64,000 nucleotides of DNA from Camelus dromedarius (taxonomy: Eukaryota). Within the stretch, counting starts at the first letter, position 1; every line of letters starts with the position of its first letter. The DNA lies in contig NC_087436.1 in NCBI RefSeq assembly GCF_036321535.1, positions 59,398,001 through 59,462,000 of the forward strand. The letters run 5' to 3'. Positions 38,050 to 49,800 of this stretch are shown piece after piece. Position numbers and translations under genes: made by a program. The notes under the pieces were generated by a model that did no database searches, was not told the DNA's origin, and worked only from the letters and a program-made list of their open reading frames with translations.

Positions 38050-41000
38050 AGTAACATTTAGAGGCAATAAACAACAGATTAGAAGATACAGAAAAAAACA
38101 GATAAGTAATTTGAAGGATAGAATAGTGGAAATCACATAATCAGAACAGCAAAAGAAAGAATTTTTTTTAAATGAAGAGTTTAAGGGACTCTGGGACAAC
38201 ATCAAGTGCATCAGCATTCACATCATAGGGGTATCAGAAGAAGACACAGAGGAAGGGACAGAAAACATATTTGAAGAAATAATGACTGAAAACCTCTTTA
38301 CTCTGGGAAAGGAAACAGATATTCAGATACAGGAAGCACAGATAATCCCAAACAAGATGAACTGAGAGAGATCCATACCAAGACATGTTAAAATTAAAAT
38401 GGCAAAAGTTAAAGACAAAGAGAGAATCTAAAGGCAGTAATAACAATTTAAAAAAAAACCAAAAAACAAAACCAACCAATCACAGACAAGAGGAACCCAA
38501 ATGACTATGAGTTACTTTTTCAGCAGGAAATTCACAGGCCAGAATAGAGTGGTAAGATATAAATAAAATTCTGAAAAGAAAAAAATTTTACAACCCAGAA
38601 CTCTATTTGGCAAGATTATCACTCAGAATTGAAGGAGAGGTAACTGTTTCTTAGTATCACTAAATTGACCTTACAAGAAATGTTAAAGGGTCTTTTTGTT
38701 CTTTAAGTGGTAAAGAAAAGGCCACAGATAGAAATAAGAAAACGTATGAAAGGAAAAATCTAACCGGCAAAAGCAAATATATATTAAAGGCAGTGGGTCA
38801 GCCACTTAAAAAGCTAGTATTAAGGTTAAAAGACAAAAATAGTATAATCAACTATAACTACTGTAAATAATAAGGGACATCCAAAATAAAAAGGTGTAAA
38901 ATATGATGTCAAAAACATAAAATGTTTGTGGGGGGTAAAAATGTCTTTCTTTCAGAATTCATTTGAACTTAAGCGACAATCAGCTTAAAACAGACAGCTG
39001 TAATATACAGGTTGATAAATATATACACACACAGCATGAACCTCATGGTAACCACATAACAAAAACTTCCAAAGGATACACAAAATTTATAGAGAAAGGA
39101 ATCCAAACATAAGACTAAAGAAGTCTATCAAATCACAAAAGAAGATGATAGGAACAGAGAAAAACTAAAAAATAAAAAATAAAAAACCCAGAATTACCAT
39201 AACAGCAATAAGTACATGTTTACCTATAATTACGTTAAATGTAAATGGACTAAATGCTTCAATCAAAAGACACAGGGTATTGAATGTATTAAAAAACAAG
39301 ACCATCTATATTCCACCTACAAGAAATTCACCTTAGAATTTTTTTTTTCAAGTGCACAGGGAACATTCTTCAGGATAGATAACATGTTGGGCTACAAAAC
39401 AAGTCTCAATAAATTTAAGAAGAGTGAAGTCATATTAAACATTTTTTTTTTCTGACAACAATTGTATAAAACTAGAGATCAACTACAAGAAGAAAACTGA
39501 AAAAAAAAAAAAGAAAAAACACAAGCAAGTGAAGACTAAACAACATGCTAAAAAACAAACTGAAGAAGAAATTTAAAAAATAGCTTGATACAAATGAAAA
39601 TGGAAACACAAATGTCCAAAACCTATGGAACACAGCAAAAGCAGTTCTAAGAGGGAAGTTCATAGTGATAAGAGACCAAGCCCAAGAAACAAACAAAATT
39701 TTAAGTAAACAATTTAAATGTACATTTAAAGGACTAGAAAAGAACAAGCGATGCTTATAGTTAGTAGAAGAAAGGAAGTAATAAAGATTGGAGTGGAAAT
39801 AAATAAAACAGAAACTAAGAGAAACTGGAAAGGTCAATGACACTAAGCCTGTTCTTTGAAAAGATAAACAAAACTGATAAATTTTTAGCCAGACTAATTG
39901 ATAGAAAAAAGGGAGAGAGCCCAAATAAATAAAGACAGAAATGACAGAGGCTAAGTTACAGTTGATATCAGAGGAAAATAAAGAGTCATAGGAGACTACT
40001 GTGAGCAATTATATACCAATAAACTGGACAAACAAGAAGAAATGGATAAATTCCCAAAACATACAATCTTCCAAGAATGAATCATGAAGAACTGGAAAAT
40101 CAGAACAGACTGATTATTAGTAATGAAACTCAATCATTAGTAAAAAAATTCCCAAACCAAAGTTCAGGTTCAGATGGCTTCACAGTTAAATTCTACCAAA
40201 CATTTAAAGAAGAGTTAATACCTATCTTCCTCAAATCATCCCAAAAAATTGAAAAAGAAAAAATTTCAAACTCATTTTACAAAGTCAGTATTATCCTGAT
40301 ACCAAAACCAGACAAAGACACCACACAAAAAAAGAGAATTACAAACCAATATTTCTGATGAACATAGATGCAAAAGTGCTCAACACAATATTAGCAAACC
40401 AAATTCAGCAACACATTAAAAGGATCACACACCATGATTAAGTGGGATTCATTCCACAGATGGAACGTTTAACATCTGTAAATCAATCAATATGTAAACC
40501 ACATTAACAAAATGAAGGAAAAAAATCGTATGATCATCTCAATAGATGAAGGAAAAGTATTTGACAAAATTCAGTATCCATTTATGATAAAAAATTTTCA
40601 ATAAAGTGGGTATAGAGGGAAAATACATCAAAATAATAAAGCTCATATATGACAAATCTACACCTAACATTATATTCACTGGTAGAAAGCTGAAAATTTT
40701 TCCTGTAAGATTAGGAACAAGACAAGGATCCCCGTTCTCACCACCTTTATTCAACATAGTATTAAAAGTCCTAGCCGAGCAATTAGGCATGACAAAGGAA
40801 TAAAAGACATCCAAATCAGAAAGAAAGGAGTAAAACTGTCATTATTTGCAGATGACATGATACATGATTTAGAAAACCCCAAAGACTCCACCAAAAAAAA
40901 AAAAAACTATTAAGATTAATAAATGAATTCAGTAAAGTTGCAGAATACAAAATTAATATACAGAAATCTCTTGGATTTCTATACACTAAAACCCACAGAA

Positions 41001-43187
41001 AGAGAAATGAAGAAAACAATCTCATTTACAATTGCATAAAAAAAAGACCCATTTTTATCCCCTACCCAAATACTGTCCCTTTCTCCTTCCCTCTCAGTTT
41101 GTTTTTTATATCTATGAGTCTGATTTTCTTCTGTTTTATTCATTAGTCTTTTTTTGTATTTTTAGGGTCCACATATAAGTGATACAATATCATACAGTAT
41201 TTGTCTTTCTCTGACTTATTTCACTTAGCATAATTATGGGATTATATAAAACCATGCATGTGAAACTTTTGAAAATGTTAAAGCACTAGAGAATTAAAGA
41301 ATCTTTCATTCAATTAAAAACATAAAATAACTAGGAATAAATTTAACCAAGAAAGTGAAAGACCTGTACTCTGAAAACTATGACAATGGTGAAAGAAATT
41401 GAACATAACACACATAAATGGAAAGATATACCATGCTCATGAACTGGAACAATCATTATTTTTAGATAGTCCATACTACCCAAAGCAATCTATAGATTCA
41501 ATGCAATCCTGGTCAGATACTAATGGCACTTTTCACAGAAGTAGAATAAATAATTCTAAAATTTGTGTACACCCACAAAAGACCCTGAATAGCCAAAACA
41601 ATTATAAGAAAGAAGAACAAAGATGGAGGTATCACAGTCCCTGATTTCAAAGCATACTACAAAGCTGTAGTAATCGAGACATTATGACACTGGGACAAAA
41701 ACGGACACATAGCTTAATGGAACAAAAATGAGTCCAGAAATAAACCTGTGCTCATATAAGCAATTAATCTAGGATAAAGAAGGCATGAATATACAAAGCG
41801 GAAAAAAACCACCTCTTCAATAAATAGTGTTGGGAAAACTAGACAACCAAATGCAAAAGAATGAACTGGAACCCTTTTTTACAATACATTACAAAAATTA
41901 ACTCAAAATTAATTACAGACTTCAATGAGACCTTAAATCATAAAACTTCTAGAAGAAAACATAGGCAGTAACCTCTTTGATATCAGTATTAGCAGTATTT
42001 TTTTCAGATACATCTTCTCAGGCAAGGGTAACAAAACCCAAAATAAATAAATTAGACTACATCAAACTAAAAAGCTTTTGCACAATGAAAGAAACCACTA
42101 ACAAAATCATCACTGAATAAGAGATGATATTTGTAAACAATATATCCAATATGGCGTTTGTACCCAAAATATACAAAAATCTCTTACAACTCAATACCAA
42201 AAACAAGCAAGTAAAAAATGGGCAGATGATCTGAGTAAATATTTTTCCAGAGAAGACATATAGATGGCCATCAGGCTATGAAACGGTACTCAGTATCACT
42301 AATAATGAGGGAAATGTAAATCAAAACCATAATGAGATACCACCTTACACAACTGTCATCATGGGTATTATCAAAAAGACAAGAAACAGGTATTAGCAAG
42401 AATGTGGAGAAAAGGGAACCCTAATGCACTACTGGTGGCACTGTAAATTGGTACAGCCACTATGGAAAACAGAATGGAGGTTTCTCAAAAAACTTAATAA
42501 AGAACTACCACATGATCCAGCAATTCTCCTTCTGGTTATTTATCCAAAGAAAACAAAAATACTAATTCAAAAAGACATATGTACCCCTCTGTTCATTACA
42601 ACACTATTTATAATAACCAAGATATGGAAGCAGCCTAAGTGTCCATCCATAGATGAATGGATAAAGAACATGTAGTATATGTATACAATGCAACATTACT
42701 CAATAAAAAAGTGAAATCTTGTAGTAACATTTGTGGTAACATGAATGGACCTGGAGGGTATTATGCTAAGTGAAATAAATCAGCAAAAAAATACAGTATG
42801 ATTTCATTTATTTATGCAATCTAAAAAAACCAAACAAATGGAGAAACAAAGCAGAAACAGACTCATAGATACAGAGAACAAACTAGTGGCTACCCAAGGG
42901 GAACGAACTCAGGGGGAGGCGGGGGGACAGATAGAAAAGGTGAAGAAGATTAAGAGTACGAACTTTTAGCTATAAAGTAAATAAGTCACAGCAATGTAAT
43001 GTATACACAGGTAATAATATAGTCAATAATGTAGCAATTTTTTATGGTGATGGATGGTAACTGGACTTACTGCAGTGATTATTTCATAAAGTATGAAAAT
43101 GTAGAAAAGTATGTTGTAGTAATATAATACATACATACATACTGAAACTAATATAATATTGTACATTAAATACAACTCAATTAAAAA
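38050..43187 (+). mobile_element. Decayed long LINE-1 (partial ORF1, ORF2 with EN and RT remnants, 3' UTR); non-functional
   Basis: ORF1 remnant at ~38050-38700. EN start 'ITLNVNGLN..IKR' at ~39230. RT-region motifs 'DGFTVKFYQTFKEELIP' and '[10 protein letters not shown]', catalytic LFADDM at 40842-40859, C-terminal '[19 protein letters not shown]'. Many stops and frameshifts. Confidence 0.97.
41046..41320 (+). mobile_element. Second 5'-inverted (twin-primed) L1 3' fragment nested in ORF2 of the long L1
   Basis: Antisense 3' UTR ~41046-41234, then a sense terminus 'tatgggattatat...tctttcattcaattaaaaa'. Host ORF2 resumes at 'ataaaataactaggaataaatttaacc'. Confidence 0.85.
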
Positions 43188-43379
43188 CATGGATTAGAAA
43201 GCCCATTTTTATGAGTCTAAATGTTACCAACATACATTGTCCACAGTAGATACTGTTAGAAAAACCAAGGTTAGAAATCTAAGAATAAATAATTAAGATA
43301 CTGTGTTGTAAAAACCAGATTTTTTTTTGACTAGCAAAGAAACATCATCACAGCTGTATTGTCAGAAGAAAATGTTGCC

Positions 43380-44170
43380 AAAAATGCAGGAATAGATTCA
43401 AAGAAGACAGAATCAAAGACAACAGAAGGCAATTAAAATATAATGAGAGCCAAACCAAGGTTCTGCCAAGGGGATGGGCTAAAAAAGTGATAAAGATGTT
43501 TCAGGGATAGAAACAAGTTTTGTTACTAATGAGAAGTAGGGACAAAAAGGAAATGAAAAGAGAACATTTGACAACTCTCAGCAACTGAATACTTGTCACT
43601 AACTAAAATAGAGAACTTCCTAGGTGGACGAGGTTTAGTGGGACAGTCAAGTCTGGGACACACTACCATATGTGGTAGACAGTTATCCAGCGAGCATTTT
43701 GAAATCTGGGCATAATATTGGACATGACATCCAATAATATTAAAGTAAAAAAAAAAAGGCTTGTAATTTGAAGTTGGAAATCTCAAAGGAAACAAAGTTG
43801 TGGAGGTAGAAAAATTCTCTGATGGAAATCTATAGGAATATCACGACAAAATAATCAAATCAGGGAGCAGAAGCAAAATTCAATCTCAAGTCCGTGGGAA
43901 GAAGACAAAGTAAAATACTGGAAGGCAGGAATTAAGGGTAGGAAAAGAATCAGGAGAGGAAGACAATGTTTCACAGGAAAGGGAGTTTCACCTTGCCCTG
44001 TGGTATGGTGAGTCTCAGCAGGGTCAAGAGTGAGGCTTGTTTATTTGGCAATTGTTAGGTCACTTTGCCCCAGAAGAGACCAGCTTCTTTGCAGATGAAC
44101 ATGCTTGGCAGTGAGTTAAAGGCAAAACAGAAGGAAAGGGGATAAAACAGCACAAGCAGGCTACTCTTTC
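43380..44170 (-). mobile_element. L2 fragment
   Basis: Purine-rich antisense L2 text ('atgtttcacagg...tttggcaatt..aggtcact...aagcaggctactctttc'). Confidence 0.6.
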
Positions 44171-44610
44171 ATTTCAGTCAGGGTTCTTGGTTGTAAGTAA
44201 GAGAAACCAACTCTGGCTGAGTGAAGCAGAAAAGGTATTTATTACAAGGATATTGAATAGTTACCAGAAATGAAAGAAGGGCTGGGAAACCAAGTTCAGG
44301 GCCATGCATTTCACAGACAGGATCCAACAAGGACACACTACATCACATCTCAGTATTAAAGTTTGCACTTTTAAGTCAGCTTCCTCTGGACAAAGGATAT
44401 ACCATTAACACCATGTTCACTACTGTCCTAAGTCCTCAGTCTCCATGCAACTGTGGAAACTGCCTTAAGAGCAGCTAGCTATGACTGTCTTTGGAATATG
44501 AACACCAGGTTAATGGAGTCTGGGTCATGTGTCCCCACCCTAGTAGTAAAGGACGCTGGGGAAGTGAGTAACTGGCATTTCCAGCTTCTCTAGTGAGAAA
44601 TGATATTTTA
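44171..44610 (-). mobile_element. MaLR solo LTR (MLT1K-like)
   Basis: 'cagtcagggttcttggttgtaagtaagagaaaccaactctggct...ctgggtcatgtgtccccaccctag...ctggggaagtgagta'. Confidence 0.75.
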
Positions 44611-45029
44611 CTAAGATTCTTAAAGTAAGGAAATTCTACAATATTCCTAAGGCTGGGTAGTCATAGGAATACACATATCCAATATGTATCCAAGAAGTTT
44701 GGCACTAGAAAGAAGAAAATCTGAAGCAGATTTTTTTTTAAAGAAAAGAGAGTATTTAAATATAAGAATAGAATCAGTGGGAAAAAAGAAACAATATATA
44801 ACAGAAATAAATACTTAATGACAATAGGCCTATTTAGGGGGCAAGAGATTATGTTACTCAGAACAGAGATAAGGAAATTGTGAAACAAGAAAGGAATGCT
44901 TGAGAAAGGTAATGAACTTCTGTAGAGAGCTTTCTAAAAGCTAAACATGGTGCTTGGGATTTACCTACAGTTTTATCTTTAATCATCAATCATCAATTAA
45001 ATAGTGCATATTAAATACTACCTTGACAG

Positions 45030-45200
45030 TAATGTTAATAGCAAATATTAGAAAGTATTTATCGTGTTTCAGGCATTATTCTAACTCATTTATAATGACC
45101 AGGTAGGCAGTGTTACTACATTCTACAGATGAGGAAACTGAAGTCTAAGTATCCAATGAAGTTAGGATTCAAAGTAAGTTTCATCTGTTTCCAAGACTTT
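45030..45200 (-). mobile_element. MIR SINE
   Basis: Core 'ttctacagatgaggaaactgaag'. Confidence 0.75.
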
Positions 45201-45982
45201 TTAAAGGATAAAATAATAAGCAATGTAATTCATATTGGGAGGGGATAATACTTTGAAACCATGAAATAAATGTTTGTTTTCCTTTATGTAAATCAGATTG
45301 GCCTACGGCTCCCCATCTTTTAATTCTTTGATACTCATTCCTGTAGGAAGTGTACGTGAATACAGTCTGAAACAGAGAGGTCATTACTTAGCTCTCAGTT
45401 TCTTTTTAGAATCTTTTTTTTTTCAAGTCCTTAAAAGACAGTCTTGAAAGTAAGGCTTCAAAAAATTCCCTTCACATATGAAGAGCAGGCTTAGATGTCT
45501 GCACTAACAGTGTAGAAACGATAAAGGAAATTGTATATAAGTTCTTGCTGCATGACAAGAGGAAAAGCGACTTTGGTGTTCAAAGGAGCTTGCAGAAATT
45601 TGGAAAAAATCAGAGTAGGTTTATGATGCTAGAGTCTCTGAAGGTACTGAAACTCTAAAAAGAAACCTGATAGTTGGATGCGAAACTCAGTACCATGCAT
45701 CTAGTATTATATATGACTAGAGATGTTTCCCTGGGTTGTGCCTCTTGTTCACTGGAAGAGACCTTTGTGAAGGAAACAGATGCCAATCTGAACCAATGGG
45801 CATGATGAAGACTTGGCTTACGATAAGGAAACTATGGAATGCAGGAACCTTAGTAAATCAAGTTATGGAAGGGTTCATAGATTTCAACAGTGGGGGACGG
45901 TGGGGGTCAAAGAGATGTCCATGTGACTACTGCATGTACCTAGTAGACATCTGTATGGACTATTCAGTGACCTGCCCACAGG

Positions 45983-46016
45983 ACAGAAGAGGACAACAGC
46001 ACAGAAGAGGACAACA
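45983..46016. repeat. 18-bp-period tandem duplication
   Basis: acagaagaggacaaca-gc-acagaagaggacaaca. Confidence 0.9.
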
Positions 46017-48464
46017 TTTGCATCAGACTTATGCTGCAATGAGGGAACTCCCAGACAATATTCTAGGATAAAGAAAGGGGAGTAAAGCAAAGGAGATTCA
46101 ATGAGTCAGTGAATAATAATAGAAAAAAGTGAGATGATACAAGCAAAATTTGCATACCCTTCGTTTTCAGTTTCTAAAGTTAATAGTTGACATTGAAGAG
46201 GACAGTGATTGATATGAGAGATTTGAAGTGGCTCCTAGGTGAATTAGTTGGTCATTCAGCCTTGGATAGGGAAAAGAAACTGCTTCTAAAGGGTACTTAA
46301 TGCCTAGAAAAAGGTCCATCACTTAAATTTTAAATGATTCAAGCCATGTAGTTAATTTGAACATATAAAAGATGTTAAAGAAAGTTTTCTAAATGATATC
46401 TTCTTTGTTCTCAAAAAAAAAAAAACTAGAACATTTTTGCATTTATCACTTTAAACTAAATTTTTGTATTTCCAAGTATTTTGTATCTAGAAAGTAGCTG
46501 CATTTAAAGGCTAGATTATTCAGTTATCCTGAACATGATTATTTCTAAATATTTAAAATACTTTTTAATAATTTAAATTAAAAAATAAAACCACTCATTT
46601 AAATTCAAATGTTAATAAATTATTAATCAAAACTTTAAAGTTCAAATAACAAATGCTCAATTTATGTTTTACATCATTTAAAAAATCCATATATCTGTAA
46701 ATCATAAGCTTATATATATATGTATATATAATCCTTTGGGAAGGAACAAATTATAATTTGAAATTTGAAAACCCCAGAACTAACCAAATTATATTTCTTG
46801 GTGGTCCTCAGCTATTTCACTTGGATTCACAGAAATACTAGGCCAAGGACACCAAGGTATTCAGGCAATTTCCAGATGAATTTGGACTTGCTATATCAAT
46901 GACTATAATTCAAATGAGGTCATATAGAAAAACTTTCTCAACTATTCTCAAATTCAGGTTAGACAATGACTCCAGGCCACTGGAGACCAGATGCTACAGC
47001 GAGAGAATTATTAACTTTATCACTAAATAAATTTTCAGCATCTCCTGTCCTAATTAAGAATGAATATAGTGGCATCAAAATAAGTTCATCTATGTGCTCT
47101 AAACCTGATTTTAAATCCAGGGCACAATACCTCTTGGAAAACTTGGATTATATCTGTATCAAATGAAGAGTAGAAAACAGTTATAATCATAAATCATTTC
47201 TGTTGATAAAGACAAGAATGTAATGACCTGACTATTAAGCTAAGGCTATGACAAGTTTTAGGAGCTACATTTATATACTATGTACCAAAATGCCTTTTTA
47301 AAAAAAATCAATTGATATTTAAGTGACTACATACCCCCATGTAGACCTCTGAAATCATCATGCATATGTTCTCAGGGGTTTGAAGATACCTTCTAGAAAA
47401 GGAAAATTCTTACAGATTATATTCACGGATATTATATCTATAACTCTTTTACTCTTACTATTACTCTGGTAATTCCTAGAGTGTTGTTTTGTTTTGCTTT
47501 GTTTTGTTTTCCGTCATAAGAGTGACAGATGTTTCTTTCTGTAGCACATATAGGTAGGGATGCTAGCTCTAACTAGCACAATGTTAATGACTATAGGTAA
47601 ATTATGACTGTTCTAATTGGCACACAACCCTGTCAATATTTTGTTGGGTCTACACTTTCTTAGTATAATGCTTAAATCATAAACATATCAGGCAAATTAA
47701 CTGTTAAAGCACTCATTCATTCAGCTGATATTTATTGAATATTTATAGAATACCTACAGCAGAAACAAGACTAAGTCGCTGCTGTCATTCTGCTATAAGT
47801 CCAGGGTACACTAAAAGGCTGTAAAAAAGATTTGCAATTATGAAAAGCATTATAATAGCAATTTACTAAACACTAGCTATTGCTGTAAATATGTAATACT
47901 TGGAACAGGTCAACCTTATCATATTCGCCCCCAAGACCTCTTAACAAGATCTTCCTTCAGCTTTCAGAATATTTGGCAAAAGAAAATCATCAAAGTAGTA
48001 CAAGGCTTTGGACAACTTAGTTTAAATTACAATTAGGATACAACTGTCCAAGAAAAATAAAACACTATAACATCAGTACTGAAAAATTACTATTAACAAT
48101 AAGCCTGATATAGTATTGTTATAGAGTGTTTTCTGAAAACTGAGAAGAAAATAAACATCAGTAAGCACTATCATTATACTATTAAAACAAGAACTTTCTC
48201 AAGTCCTACAAAAGCACTTCTATAGGAGTCAAGTGATGAGTTCCGGATTTTTTTTTTTTTTTGCCTTTTTTTTTGGCAGTCATACAGGTGTTAAGGGGGA
48301 GTATGCTAATATCTGTTGCCTAAAATGGCTGTTTTGGTACACTTTTTATGGTATGAAATTATATTTTACAGGCTATGTTTCGATCTGAGGTTGATCTGAT
48401 CCACATAATAAGCAAATACTTTAAAGTGAGAAGTCATGCTAGATGTTCTCTAAACCCTCCTTTC

Positions 48465-48646
48465 TGGAGTAGAAAGAGCACTGCATTTCTAGCCAGGAGA
48501 TCTAAGGGCCATGCAATAGGAAGTATTAAAGGTACAGAAATTCTCTGAAGCTCAGTTTTTCCATCCTGAAGATGGGACTGTGTCAGAAATAAATAAAACA
48601 TTCTGTATGTGCAAGCACTTTCTAAACTGTTCAGTCCTGTGCAAAA
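48465..48646 (+). mobile_element. MIR SINE
   Basis: 'gtagaaagagcactg...ctctgaagctcagtttttccatcctgaagatggg...agcactttctaaactgt'. Confidence 0.7.
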
Positions 48647-48794
48647 CTGGCCAGTCTGGTTCTTTCTACCAGTTCTGAGGCTCCATGATCTCTGATAAAT
48701 GTAGCACTTCAGTTTTTTTGGTTTTTTTTATCTTAAAGTCTTTTCCCTCCAGCTTCCAGTGATGTGTTGCTTCTTACTTTCAGTAGTCTAGGAT

Positions 48795-49050
48795 TTTATA
48801 AGTAACAACTGCTTCTTCTAAGCATGTTACATGTGTCATTTGTCTTTACAACTGTGAGAAAGAAGCTTAGAGAGGTCGTACAGCTAGTATGTGGCTACTG
48901 AGATAGGCTGTCTGCGCCCTCCTTAGACCATGCCGCATTACTGCCTGGTCACACAAGTCTGAGGACAGGGATGCTGTCTTACTCATCTTCATGCTCCCAA
49001 AGTCTAGTGCTCTGTTTTGCTGTGGCACTCAATATGTTTGTTAAGTAAAT
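48795..49050. mobile_element. MIR fragment (-) followed by an L2 3' terminus (+)
   Basis: MIR 'gcttagagagg..tacagctagtatgtggc'; L2 'gaggacaggga..tgtcttactcatct...cactcaatatgtttgtt'. Confidence 0.6.
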
Positions 49051-49054
49051 AACC

Positions 49055-49290
49055 TGCCCATGTGTCCAATTGACATTCTTCTTCCTGTAATCAAAGCCCA
49101 TTTCCTCTGGTTTTGATATCAAAAAAGAGAAATGACTTGGTTGGTTAACATTTTTATATTTGTCCCGTGTGACGTTTGTGTAGTATTGTATTTATTTTTT
49201 GTTTTCTTTTTTAACAGTTCTTTTCCTCGAGTTCTATATGCAGTGTATCTAAGAATTTGTCCTAACTTTCTACACTTCACTTCTAAGTGT
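49055..49290 (-). mobile_element. CR1/L3 fragment
   Basis: 'cctgtaatcaaagcccatttcctctggtt' resembles antisense L3. Confidence 0.4.
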
Positions 49291-49379
49291 TGTTAATAGA
49301 GGAAAATATTAGAACTATAAACATTTTCCAGGCCCCCTTCCTCCCCACAAAATAGAAAAATTAAATAAATAAATCCAGA

Positions 49380-49800
49380 ATATTTTATTTATTCATACCC
49401 CGCTGTGTGTCTAAAACAGAGTTGATGAAGCTTCCAAAGGAAAATGTAGCGTGATAGAAATAAAGTTTTAAAATGAAACAATGTGAAAACAATAATAGGA
49501 AAATAAGATGGGGCCCAGAAATAAATTAGCATACAATATGTACTCCCTAAAGTTCCTATACCTGGCTTAAAGTAGGGTCAGAGAGCTTTCTAGAAAAGGG
49601 AGAAGGGATCAATTGCTATGTTCATGACTTAAAACAAACCAGTTGCCTAATTATTCCTGATGTTGACACCATGGAGAAGATTTTCCTGTGGGTCCTCACA
49701 GAAAAAATTACTGTTTAATATAATATCCTCTAAACCATCCTGACAGTAAACATTGTGATACATTTTATGGGGCTGTTTCTTATAATGCATCTCAATCGAG
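49380..49800 (-). mobile_element. L4 (RTE-X) LINE 3' fragment
   Basis: 'aaaacaaaccagttgc...ttattcctga...tttcctgtgggtcctca...ggggctgtttcttataatg' matches my recollection of the L4_Mam consensus. Confidence 0.6.

Noticed and set aside
39472..40008. Hydrophobic 178-aa ORF (also 38234-38479, 40539-40814, 26750-27031, 7753-8139)
   Set aside because: These are antisense frames of A-rich L1 sequence; the apparent transmembrane character is compositional.
38050..43187. Active or domesticated reverse transcriptase
   Set aside because: Numerous stops and frameshifts, a deleted EN domain, a nested insertion and no 5' UTR.
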